DNA of 64,000 nt, from contig NC_091982.1 in NCBI RefSeq assembly GCF_044704955.1, positions 166,904,001-166,968,000 of the forward strand, read 5' to 3'. Within the stretch, counting starts at the first letter, position 1; each line of letters starts with the position of its first letter. The notes beneath the pieces are model-generated. The model did not search any database. It was given only the letters and a program-made list of their open reading frames with translations, and was not told the origin of the DNA. This document shows, piece by piece, positions 13,455-24,294 of this stretch. Source of the DNA: Pristiophorus japonicus (Eukaryota). The position numbers were made by a program, and so were the translations under genes.

Positions 13455-14503
13455 GGGCCCAAGTGTGCCCAGGAGTTGCTCCGTTTTTTTTGGAGCAACT
13501 AGATTTTTTTGGAGTACCTTAAAAATCGCAATTCTGGCCATTTAATTTACTCCAGAGTAAGTGAGTTAGTTAGTTTTTTTAATAGTTTTTTTTTCAAAGG
13601 GGGGGGCGTTACCAGCCACTTAAGCCTGTTTTGGCCATTTAAGCAAGCTTAGACAGCTAAAAGTTACTCCAAACTAACATAGGCCAGCGTATGTGGCCAC
13701 TTGTGGCCGCACAGAAAAACCTTGCGGTGAGCAAAGAAATCGGCGTAGGTAAGTACATTTAAAGCACCAAGCACTGAACAAAGCACAAAAATAAGCATTC
13801 AATAACAAATAAAAAATACAAGGAAGCTGAGAGGACCTGCACCTAGCACCAAGACTTAGAGAGCACTAAACAACTAGGTTAAAAATGGATTGGTAAATTA
13901 GCAAATACATTATAGCAAGTCCTGTAAATAAGAGTTTCAGCCAAACTATTTAACAGAATTCCTTTTGAAAGCAGATGAAGAGTAAACTTGAATGTAAATC
14001 AAACAAGAATTTAGGACCACATAATCAATCAATAAATAAACAAATAAAAAATAGAAGTCCTACCTTCAGCAAAGCTTTACTGCAGAAAAACACTAGTGGT
14101 AAGACGTACACCGGGAGGCTAGGCTCAACGCGGCATCGGTAAAGGGCGGGGGGGGGGGTGAGGGAGGCTGAACGCAGCAGGGAAAGCTGATAAGGGAGCC
14201 CATGTGTCCAGGGCTAGGGGCGGCGTACTTCGGGCCCCTCCCATACAGCCTGCAGAGATTGTGGGGGCAATGAGCTACTGCACATGAGCGCACACTCTAG
14301 CGCACATGTGCAGAGGTCCTGGCATTGTTTTCAGTGCTGGGACCTGGCTCCGCCCCCCACTGCTTGTGGCACACCACGTCAAGGCCTGTGACATTCCAAG
14401 GAGCGGGGAGAATACCTAGGTAAGTTTTCAGCGCCGTTATTAGTATAGAACGTCGGCGCATCTCATGTTTTAACCGGGGGGGGGGGGGGGCAAACTTGGG
14501 CCC
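13455..14503. mobile_element. PIF/Harbinger-like MITE, same family as 48421-49859
   Basis: TIRs gggcccaagtgtgccc / gggcaaacttgggccc; internal blocks (gagttgctcc..ggagcaact; ccagggctaggggcgg..cttcgggcccctccc) shared with the 48421 copy. Confidence 0.85.
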
Positions 14504-14689
14504 ATAGTGACATGGTCATGTATTTCAGGAAATAGATCATTGATGCCTCAAGTCTGCCCATCCAATTATCCCTTTATTTCTCCCTGGCAGATATCTCAAT
14601 ATCGTTTATAAAATGTAATAGATATGAATCTCTTCAGATGCTGATAACTTCTCTATTTCCTTTTTGAACCCCCCGCCCCCCCCCTAAAC

Positions 14690-14980
14690 CAGAGGGGTTG
14701 ACAACCAGGGGGCATAGATTTAAAATAATTAGGAGGTTTAGATGGGCAATTTTTTTTCACCCAGAGGGTGGTAGGGGTCTGGAACTCTGAAAGGGTGGTA
14801 AAGGCAGAAACCCTCACCACATTTAAAAGGTACTTGGGTGTGCACGTGAAGTGCCGTAACCTACAAGGCTACGGTCCAAGAGCTGGAAAGTGGGATTAGG
14901 CTGGATAGTTCTTTGTCGGCCGGCACAGTCACGATGGGCTGAAATGGCCTCCTACGGTGCTGTGAATTTATATGATTCTA
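14690..14980 (+). mobile_element. CR1 LINE 3' fragment; another fragment at ~15445-15710
   Basis: RGH..K / FFTQRVV-type terminal coding remnant and tatgattctatg tail. Confidence 0.7.
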
Positions 14981-16871
14981 TGAAAGCACTTCTTATTGTA
15001 AGTGCAGCCATCTTCAGGCAGCACCGTGGAGCGTTGCAACTGTGGGCCCACCAGGTCTGCCATCGGGTTAAGGCCACCTGTTCTGCTCCAGTTAAGGTGG
15101 CGAGCCAATCCTGTGTGTCTGCAGTCTGGGCTCTCTTGTGTTACGATGTACGGCTCTCGACGCAGACTGGCATCCACCACCACATGTAACAGGAGACAGC
15201 AACACATGGAGGCCGTTCTCCTCAGGCACGAACAAAGAAAACCTGCTAAGTATGAAACTACCACCAAAAGTGATGTTTGCAAGCTGATCATTTAGTGTGA
15301 TTGAACAGTTGCTGTCCTAGATGGTTGCTTTTACTGTATTATATATTATTTATACACTGTGGGATCTATAAGCACGTGCTTTATTGTTCTTTGGTGCTAA
15401 TTCTGTATCTATCTTGCAGTGCTGCTGGACATGGCGGAGTCCGAAACTGGGGGCCATATATACAAGATAATCATTGATATTACCAATCGAGAATTCAGGA
15501 GAAACCTCTTCACCTAGAAAGTAGCTAGAATGTGGAACTTGCTACCACATACTATTTAAGGGGAAGCTAGATAAGTATGTGAGGGAGACAGAAATAGAAA
15601 GATATGCTGATAGGGTGAGTAGGGGGGCCAAGGAGGCTGGTATGCACCATAAACACTGGCATTAACCACTTGGACTGAATGTCTTGTTTCTGTGCTGTAA
15701 ATTCGATGTAACATCTCCCAATCCTCCTGCTGATTGCTGCTAATTTCCTGTCCATTCTTACGATCTTAATCAAGGATTCCTCCTCTCCAGCCTGTATTAT
15801 TCATTCTTTCCTTCCCCAACCCCCAAAAAATTAATTTTCTCCCCTATATTTTCTGAAGACGATGGGCTAGAACCTCAACTTTTGTGCTTATCACCCAAAA
15901 ATGGGCATTATTCCCGGCGTGGGCGTTAAAAAAGGGTTTTCTGATTGCCAGCTTCTCGCCCATTCTCAAAACATCTCGTTTCCATTTTTGAAAATGGGTG
16001 TTACCGCAAGCGATATCAATTGGCGGTAGCGTTAAATTTTTTTGACCTTCTGCCGTAAAGTGTGGCTGTCCTTAGCAATGACATGGCAACGCTTGATTCC
16101 CGCAATTCAGGAGGTCAAGGGTCATCATGACATGCGCAGAGGAGGAGACAGAGAGAGAGAGGGAGCTCAGAGTCACTGAAAGCATGTGTGGCTGTGGTGT
16201 TTGCTTGTCTGGCTGTTGTGGGAGGCAGAAAGGAGATTCACCAGTAGCAAAAAGCCTACTAAGCACCAAGAACATAGCTGGCACCGAGTTTTTGTCCAAC
16301 AAATAAGATATAACATGGAAGGGATGGAGGAGGCCCTGGAGCTGATAGCCAGGAACACTGGTGGGAGAGGGCTTCCAGTGGTCCTGGAGCACCGCACTGC
16401 ACCCTAAGGTGACGCACCCCCATTGCCAACCACACATGAGAGCCAGCAGCCACATCTTGCTTCTGGCTCGGAGCACGTTCCCACCTTGGGAACTGCCCCC
16501 CCCACTGCCCCCCAATGAAGCATCGCCTGAGGACCTTCTTGGCCAGGCGGCTTGGAGTCAGGAGGGGAAGGGGAAGGGTTGGTTTGTACAGAACTACTGA
16601 TGATTTCAGACTAATGTTTGGTTTAAATATTTTTTATTTAACAAAACCTTGTAGCACATTGGCTCAGATAGCTGCACCATTACATGCTAGTGATTCCAAA
16701 GGGTATAATCACACTTAACTTCAATCAACTTAAACTTTAACTATCACCAAGGTGATACCCAACATTGATGTATGATCTGCACACCCAGCAGTGTGTCAGC
16801 CTTATAAATAACGCCAATGTTCTTTCAGGCAAAGCAATCATTGATGAGCTCCTGACGTAAGGCTCTTGCAG

Positions 16872-18185
16872 CTATATGCCTCCATGGACCCTTTCATGCA
16901 GTCTACAGGGGGGCGGGAGCATGGCTTCAGCGTCAGCCTGAATGTCTGGGCCGATGTCAGCGTCCACCTCCTCGTCCTCCTCTTCCTCGCTCTGGTGAGT
17001 TGGACTGTCAGACTCATCAGGCAATTCTTGTCCCCTCCCGATAGCCAAGTTGTGTAGCATGGAGCACACCACCACGAATTGAGCTACCTGCTCAGGGTGG
17101 TATTGGAGCTTGCCTCCTGAGTGGGGTGGTTCTCCTATGCTTTTTGGAAATAGGAGGTGGGTGGGGGGCACACATCTACCTCCATGGCACGAACCTGGTA
17201 TTGCAGTACTTCCAGGAACGGTGCAGTGGCTCTAGGCCTTTTGGCTAAGAGCATTGGCGCAGAGTGATCCTTGAATGGGCCCAAGGTGACCTCTGGCGTT
17301 TGTGATCTGACAAGTTGATCTGACAAAGAATTGGAAAAGATTGGCAACGAATAAATAAAATAAAAAAATAAAAAAAATCTAAAGCGCTGCTTCAGCACTC
17401 CAATGGTTTTCTCCACGATATTGCGAGTTGCTCTGTGGCTCTCATTTATCGCCTCTCGGACTCAGTGTGGGTGTCACGCGGGGGGTCATCAGCCAGGTGG
17501 CGAAGCCATATCCTTTGTCACCAAGCATCCAGCATTGACCTTGTGGCTCATTGTTAAACAAGTCAGATACAGTGCTCTCATGCAGGATGTGAGCATCATG
17601 GATGCTGCCCAGATATTGAGCATTCACTGCCAGTATAATTTGTTGGTGGTCGACAATCAGTTGGACTTTCAGGGTATGGAATCCCTTGCAGTTCCTGAAA
17701 ACCTCAGCATCCTGAAAAGGTGCCCGCATCGCGATGTGCGTACAGTCTATTGCTCCCTGCATCTTAGGAAAGTTTGCATTTCTAGATAATCCTAGAGCCC
17801 TCTCACTCTGTGCCTCCCTGGTCATAGGGAAGCTGATCAAGTCCCTCTTGCGTGCGTACAGGGCTTCAGTAACCTTTCTAATGCAGCGATGTGTGGCATG
17901 CTGAGAAAGTCCGTAAATGTCGCCAGCTGTGGCCTGAAAAGAACCCGAGGCATCGAACGACAATGCCGCGGTGACTTTGACATCGACGGACAGTGCAGTA
18001 CTGGTGGTGCTTGCAGGCTTCAGATTTGCCCTTATCAGTTGGCATACCTCATTGATAACCTCTTTGTGGAAGTGCAGTCTCCGAAGGCAGGTGGTGTCGG
18101 GCAAGTCGAGGGTAAGAATGCTTCTCCTTGTGGGGGTGTAATGACTGGTCCTCCTCAACTGTCTGTCACTTCGTACATTGGGCAC
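16872..18185 (-). pseudogene. Harbinger/HARBI1-like DDE transposase pseudogene
   Basis: GAIDCTHI, NCKGFHTLKVQLIVD, GSIHDAHIL, WMLGDKGY, EKTIGVLKQRFR, LQY.P..V...VVCSMLHNLA and an acidic tail. Frameshifted and split by the 17125-17377 insert. Confidence 0.92.
17125..17377 (+). mobile_element. Polyadenylated retroposed insert containing permuted U2 snRNA-derived modules
   Basis: TTTTTGGA at 17141; ACCTGGTATTGCAGTACTTCCAGGAACGGTGCA at 17193-17225 (U2 3' stem-loop IV); GGCCTTTTGGCTAAGA at 17235-17250 (U2 5' stem-loop I); A-rich tail 17350-17377; it interrupts the transposase frame. Confidence 0.85.
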
Positions 18186-19185
18186 ATAATACTATGGAGC
18201 GTTCCTTCGGCAATGTCGAGTCTGCTGCGTGTATTTGGTCACCAAGAGAGGGTGAGAAAGGACAGGCCCCATTGCAGTAGGTCTCTGTTTTCCACCGATT
18301 GCTCACAAACAAGCAATGTCCCAACGAAGATTCCTCTTCAATTCCAATCGGTCATAGCATGGTCAAGATGTTTTTACAGATGTTCACATCAACTCCAACG
18401 ACCTGCAGAGCACATCCAAACTCCGCCAAGGTTGAAGCACAGCAGCCTTTTAAAGGACGCGACATGTGACCTACAACATGGCGCCCATAACGCTGTGATT
18501 AGTTTCACTTTTTGTGGGCAGTTTTTGGGCGAGCGATATTGTGGGTGATATGTGCGCGAGGTGGTGAAATTAACAATGGGCGATCTCCAAGGCCGCTAGT
18601 TTGAATAAATATGCTCTTTACGACAAAAAACAGTGGAGGGCATTAATACTGAATCTCGCCGTTAATTCCGTGTGGAAAGTAATGCTGGGCGATATTATGG
18701 GTGTTGAATTCGCCCATTTTGTTGATTCCGCCCAAAAAAGTGGGCGGGCAGTAATATTTTTTCTCGGCGTTAAGCACATGGGGAAAGTAACACTCAGCGA
18801 TAAGTTTCCGAAAAATGCCCGAATGGGCGATATCTGGGCATTATGTCATTTCAGTGGTAAAATGGGCATTAAGTGGGCGTTAAGCATGCAAAAAAAGTGG
18901 AGGTTCTAGCCCCTGGAAATCTCGCTGGGGGCACAGTTCTGTGGGTACCAGTCTCCCTTGCCTACCTCTCCTTCATGTGGGAGCCTAGCTACTGAGTGTC
19001 AACAAGTTATTTGACTGAAGGGGCACAACAGCCAATCTGATCACCTAGTCAGGGCACACGTACTTTTAGCAGGGGGCACTGGGCCAGGTATTCCGAGGCC
19101 AATTGTAGCAACCCTTATTGCTGCTCAACTGATGTCAGCTGACAAAGCATAGAACATGTAGCCTGGGATCTTCCTGGTCTGTACT

Positions 19186-21199
19186 TGTGATATATTCAAT
19201 ACCTTGCAAAATCTGGTTCTTCACCCCTTGGAATATGGCAGGGGCGGAAGACACTCCAAACGGTAGCCTATTAAATTGATAAAGGCCTAGATGAGTATTT
19301 ATAGTCAAACATGACTTGGACTCCTCATCTAGTTCAAGCTGTAAATAGGCATTCGTAAGATCCAATTTTGAGAAGATCTGACCACCTGTCAGTGTTGTGA
19401 ACAAATCTTCTATATTCCGCAATGTATTGGGGACATTACCCTCGAGAACCTGGTTTACGGTTACTTTATAATCACCACACAATCTTACCTTACCATCGGA
19501 CTTAGGTACAACAACAATGGGTGTAGCCCAATTATATCGATCTATCTTACAAATAATGTTCTCAGTCTCTAGTCTTTTGAGTTCTCGCTCAACTTTCTCC
19601 TTGAGTGCATATGATATGGAAGGTGGCTTGTAGTAAACCAATCTAGCATCCTTCTGTACCCTGACACTCGCCTTGAAGTCTTGGATCGGACTGCCCGTTT
19701 CGCAGAACACCTTCGGATACTTCTTGATAACCTCACCCGTTGATGAAAATCTCGCTTCCACACAGAAAATCTTACTCCAATCCAGCTTCAATGAGCTCAA
19801 CCAATTTCTTTCTAGTAAGGCAGGCTTGTCTCCTTTCACTACTATTCGAGGCAAGTTCTGAAATTGATCTTTATATTTCACCGGTACGGTGATACGACCT
19901 ACCACAGGAATTTTCTCTCCCGAGTAGCCTCGCAGCTCTATCTTGGATTTCTCCAGTTGAAAATCACGCAATTTGTCGTGATATAGTGACTCCGGTACTA
20001 CACTCACGGATGTACTTGTGTCAATTTCCATTGGTATCTTGAATCCCACAACATCTATGTGGATTTTGATGCTTTTCGAATCGCTGTCCGTTAACCTCGT
20101 GCTCCTGATGACGTGTAACTCTAACATCTCCTCGTCCTGTTGCTGTTCTTCTATGCTATGTAGTCTCTTGGGATTTCTACTCATAGCTTTGAATGCTGGA
20201 CTCATAGCTTTAGAAGCTGGTTTACCCTTCAGTCGGCTTGCCTTCACGTATGGACAACTTTTAGCAATGTGTTGCCCCAGGCACCTATAGCACGACTTCG
20301 ATGCTCTGGTAGAATTTCCATTTTCTGAGACTTTTGGCCATGCCCATCAACCTCGCTGTTTGACAAGCAATCTCAAAAGTCAACTCTTCCGTCGTCAATA
20401 ACTTTCTTCTGATCGCATCATTTTTCACCCAACAAACAAAACGATCCCGTAATGCTCGGTTTTGAAAGTTTCCAAAATTACAGTGCATCGATAGCTTTTT
20501 TAATGCTACAATGTAACCACTGATACTTTCATCAGTCTTTTGATTCCGAATCCCGAAACGATAGCTTTCAGCAATTTCTAACGGTTTGGGGTTATAGTGC
20601 TGCTCCAGCTTCGTTAAAATCTCTTTAAGCGTTGTGTCCTTTGGCTCGTCAGGCACAAGCAGATTTACAAGGGTGTCATATAATGCCGGACCCACCTCCA
20701 ATAAGAAAATCGCTTTCTTACGTTCCAACACAGCCCGGTTCTGCATTGTCTGGAACTTCGATTATGTTATTTGCAATGAAATACATTTCTAGCCGATCCA
20801 CATACGCTTTAAAACATTCCCGGTCATGTCTATATTCTCCCAAATGTCCCAATACACCTGCCATTTTAATCTCTAGCTGTTCACACCGTGTGCTGTATTT
20901 TACCTCAGATTTTTGTAGCTTTTTCCAAAGACAGAAACTTCCAAAGTCTCTCTGTCGGCTGGCTGAATCCTTCACCAACAAAATTTTAAGTTTTAAATCA
21001 TCCGAAAAATCCCATCTTCCTTTGCCAAATGTGATATATTCACAGAGCACAGCACACACAGCTTCCTAACATGGCAGGCAGCTCTCTCGGAAATCTCCGG
21101 AAATCTGCCGAGTTCTGTTTATTATTAATTACTTGCAGTACACAATATGTCCACATCCACAGTGTGGAGCTACAAACATTACAAGCTACAGACATTACA
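19186..21199 (-). mobile_element. Gypsy/Ty3 LTR retrotransposon with a large internal deletion
   Basis: 5' LTR 21030-21199 followed by PBS-like ttggcaaagg; gag 20285-~20865; protease IDTS(T)S and RT N-terminal motifs in ORF 19135-20247; only 13 bp of the 3' LTR left (19186-19198); perfect 5-bp TSD GTACT at 19181-19185 and 21200-21204. Confidence 0.93.
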
Positions 21200-22087
21200 G
21201 TACTGTTCAGCTACTCACATCTACAACGAGCTGAACCACTTGTACGTGCCTGTCTTTCTGTGGGTTTGTCTCATTCCTGCCCTTTGCTCCATTTCATCTC
21301 TCTACCAATTTTCTCCCCTCGTCTCCTAACGATGCCGACTCATGCTGAGCAATGGCTGCCCTTTAGAATCTTGTCGGAGCAGGCTATTTGATCATGGCTA
21401 GCATCACAGCTAAGCCTAATCTTAACTCTTGTTTGATCCACGCACATGCACTGGGTATTGGTGGTGTTCCCAGATATTTTTCACCCTCCCTAGTCCAGGA
21501 ATGCGTTGAACAGAAATTGAATGTGGCACATTCCTGGTCCAGATGGCTCAGTTCCACTCCATCCAGTGTAGTACCAAATGGGCCTTAAAGGGATCTCAAA
21601 TGTCTCTCCCCAGTTAATCTCCCCTTGTGCTACTTCTTCTCCAAGATCCTGTATTCAGATTTCAAGGGGTTTTCCTAATGCGAGTAGTGTCATTGAGTGC
21701 CCAGTGATACTGGCCTACATTGAACCACAATGGTAACAGCCTGTCAATCATCCTCCCTCCATACAACATTGGATGCTAAAGAATGTCTTTTAAATGATAA
21801 CAAGCAACTGATATCATCTGAAATACAAAGATACCAAGATGTGTGGCAGAAACAAAAAGGGTCAGGACAGCACAGCATTAGAGAAAACAACCTACTCACG
21901 ATTAGGTTGACAAATAAAGGAATTGCATTTTATATAGCATATTTCACAATCTCAGGTCATCTTAAAAGCATTTCACAGTCAATGAAGTTCTTTTAAAGTG
22001 CAGTCACTGTTGTAGGGAAATACGGCAGTCAAAGGTGATGGAGACAGTGTATTAACCCCCTGTACTATCCCAGCCCTCAGAAAAGTG

Positions 22088-23026
22088 TACATAGCACCTT
22101 TCACAAACTCTGGACGCCCCAAAGCGCTTCACACCTAATGCAGCACTTTTGAAGTGTAGTCACGGTTTTAATGTAGGAAACGCAGCATCAATTTGGGCAC
22201 ATTAAGATTCTACAGACAGCAGCATGAAAATTACCAGATAATCTGTTTTAGCGATGTTGGTTGAAGGAAAAATGTTGGCTGGGACACTGGGGCGAACTCC
22301 CCTGTTCTTCAAAAAGTGCCATGGGATCTTTTATGGCCCACCTGAGAGGGCAGACAGGACCACGGTTTAACACCTCAAGTCTCCGCAAGATCCTACAAAT
22401 CCCCTGGGAGGACAGACGCACCAACGTTAGCGTCCTCGACCAGGCCAACATCCCCAGGATTGAAGCACTGACCACACTTGATCAGCTCTGCTGGGCAGGC
22501 CACATAGTTTGCATGCCAGACACGAGACTCCTAAAGCAAGCGCTCTACTCGGAACTCCTTCACGACAAACGAGCCAAAGGTGAGCAGCGGAAACGCTACA
22601 AGGACACACTCAAAGCCTCCCTGATAAAGTGCAACATCCCCACTGATACCTGGGAGTCCCTGGCCAAAGACCGCCCTAAGTGGAGGGCGCTGAGCTCCTC
22701 GAGTCTCGTCACTGAGAGCATGCAGAAATCAAGCGCAGGCAGCGGAAAGAGCGTACGGCAAACCAGTCCCACCCACCTCTTCCTTCAACGACTATCTGTC
22801 CCACCTGTGACAGAGACTGTGGTTCTCTTATTGGACTGTTCAGCCACCTCAGAACTCATGTGCAGAGTGGAAGCAAGTCTTCCTCGATTCCAAGGGACTG
22901 CCTATGGTAATGATTAACATCTCAACCGAAAGACGGCACCTCCCAACAGTGGAGCACTCCCTCAGCACTGCACTGGAGTTATGTGCTCAAGTCTCTAGAG
23001 TGGGGCTTGAACCCACGACCTTCTCT
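22088..23026 (-). mobile_element. tRNA-derived Deu-domain SINE (SacSINE1-like), interrupted by an RTE; short related piece at ~21915-22030
   Basis: Deu-like core (minus strand aaaagatcccatggcact..gaagaacaggggagtt), B-box gtgggttcaagccc, L2-like tail. Confidence 0.75.
22379..22913 (+). mobile_element. 5'-truncated RTE-clade LINE
   Basis: LRKILQIPWEDRRTN...WAGHIV.MPD.RL.KQALYSEL; 12-bp TSD ttaaca(c/t)ctcaa at 22367-22378 and 22914-22925. Confidence 0.9.
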
Positions 23027-23029
23027 CTA

Positions 23030-23610
23030 GTAAATTCAGCCATTAAACAAGCACTGTAAAGTACAAGTGAATTGTTTTAATTTCAAGTTGTAGACGTACA
23101 CACAGAAGGTAGCGGGGTATCGCTGCTTAAACGGAGCACTACAGTTGCGTTCAAACGCTGTGGCTTGTAACTGGAAATTAGCTTTATTTTTAGTAAACAG
23201 ACTCCTGCTGTTTAACAACTTCTCACCTTATCACCTTCAAACAGAGCTGTCAATCAAACACAAAGCTTGCTTTAATGGCCCTAAAAAGCTCCTGCGCACT
23301 TGTTATTGAACAGGCCCTTTATATTAAAGCTATTGCCATGCATGAGATTCTGAACAAAAAAGCAGATCACAGATACTTTCATTGCAAAGCCTTTGATCTT
23401 TTGTTTACAGCCCAGTGTTTAAAAGCACCATATTTTTAGGCATAAAAGCCTGCATCTCCTATGGGAGTGGGAGAGTTTAAATGCCTGATAACTTTAAAAA
23501 CAAAAATATGACAGGCAGTTATAATGGACATGTAATTAACCGTTTGATTTAATGTGGCTGTCAGCAGTTCTCCACACTAAATCATTATAATCATTATAAG
23601 TTACATGGCC
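23030..23610. promoter_or_regulatory. Candidate intronic developmental enhancer / conserved non-coding element
   Basis: Repeat-free, with PBX-MEIS decamer (ctgtcaatca 23247), TTTAATGGCC 23271, TCF/LEF CCTTTGATC 23390, FOX TGTTTAC 23402, TGACAG 23509 and PBX-HOX-like TGATTTAATG 23545. Confidence 0.45.
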
Positions 23611-24294
23611 CGGAATAAGACAATAGTGCGAGTCACTGAGGAGGAACTGTCATTGTGAATTACTATTCTGCAAGACAGGCATTTCTGATGTAAAGTAAGC
23701 TGGTATCAAACTTGGCAGTGGACCGCAAGTCCCCTGTGATCTTTGCAAGAATGCTATTTTTGCAGCATTTAAACAGTAGAGATCTAGAAGCTTCTGTAGG
23801 AAGGTCGTGCAGTTCCATCCTTCGGGATAGCTTTGCCGCAAAGATTTGCTCGTGAAGACCATCACATTGCATAGGAAACTGCGACTAGTAAATGCTACCA
23901 TAATCGCTCATCTTACCCATCTCCCTTGGGTGAAGACAAGACCCTTTAACCCTTTACTGAACAGCAGCAGAAGATGTCAAAGTGCAGTCGAGTTTGGGTA
24001 CTATAACTGAGCCAGAGATGACCTCAAGCATCTCTGCTTGCCACTGAAAACCAAGCAGCTCTTGTATTGAGTAGAATTCACAAGAAGTGAAGCGGCTCTA
24101 CTTCACCACCACAACACAATTAAAATTTCAACAAACTAAGGAGGTCTAAGTGCTGGTGCTTCAGACATTTTGTATCGTAAAGCAGTAGGATTGCAAACTC
24201 TGAGGTTGGACATGTTCCGAGAAATTTCATTACATGACCTGCCATCTCCATCACGTCACCCCTGCCTAAACTCCTGCCATTGGCTGCCTGACAC

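Larger units (their letters stand above)
15864..18912 (-). mobile_element. PIF/Harbinger DNA transposon, decayed and internally deleted
   Basis: TIRs gggctagaacctcaactttt / aaaagtggaggttctagccc; encodes a HARBI1-type transposase; no clean TSD (at/ct). Confidence 0.92.

Noticed and set aside
17141-17250. Functional U2 snRNA gene
   Set aside because: Modules are out of order, the GTAGTA branch-pairing region and stem II are absent, and it has a poly(A) tail and sits inside a transposase
17442-18185. Domesticated host gene HARBI1
   Set aside because: It lies between TIRs, is frameshifted and is disrupted by an insertion
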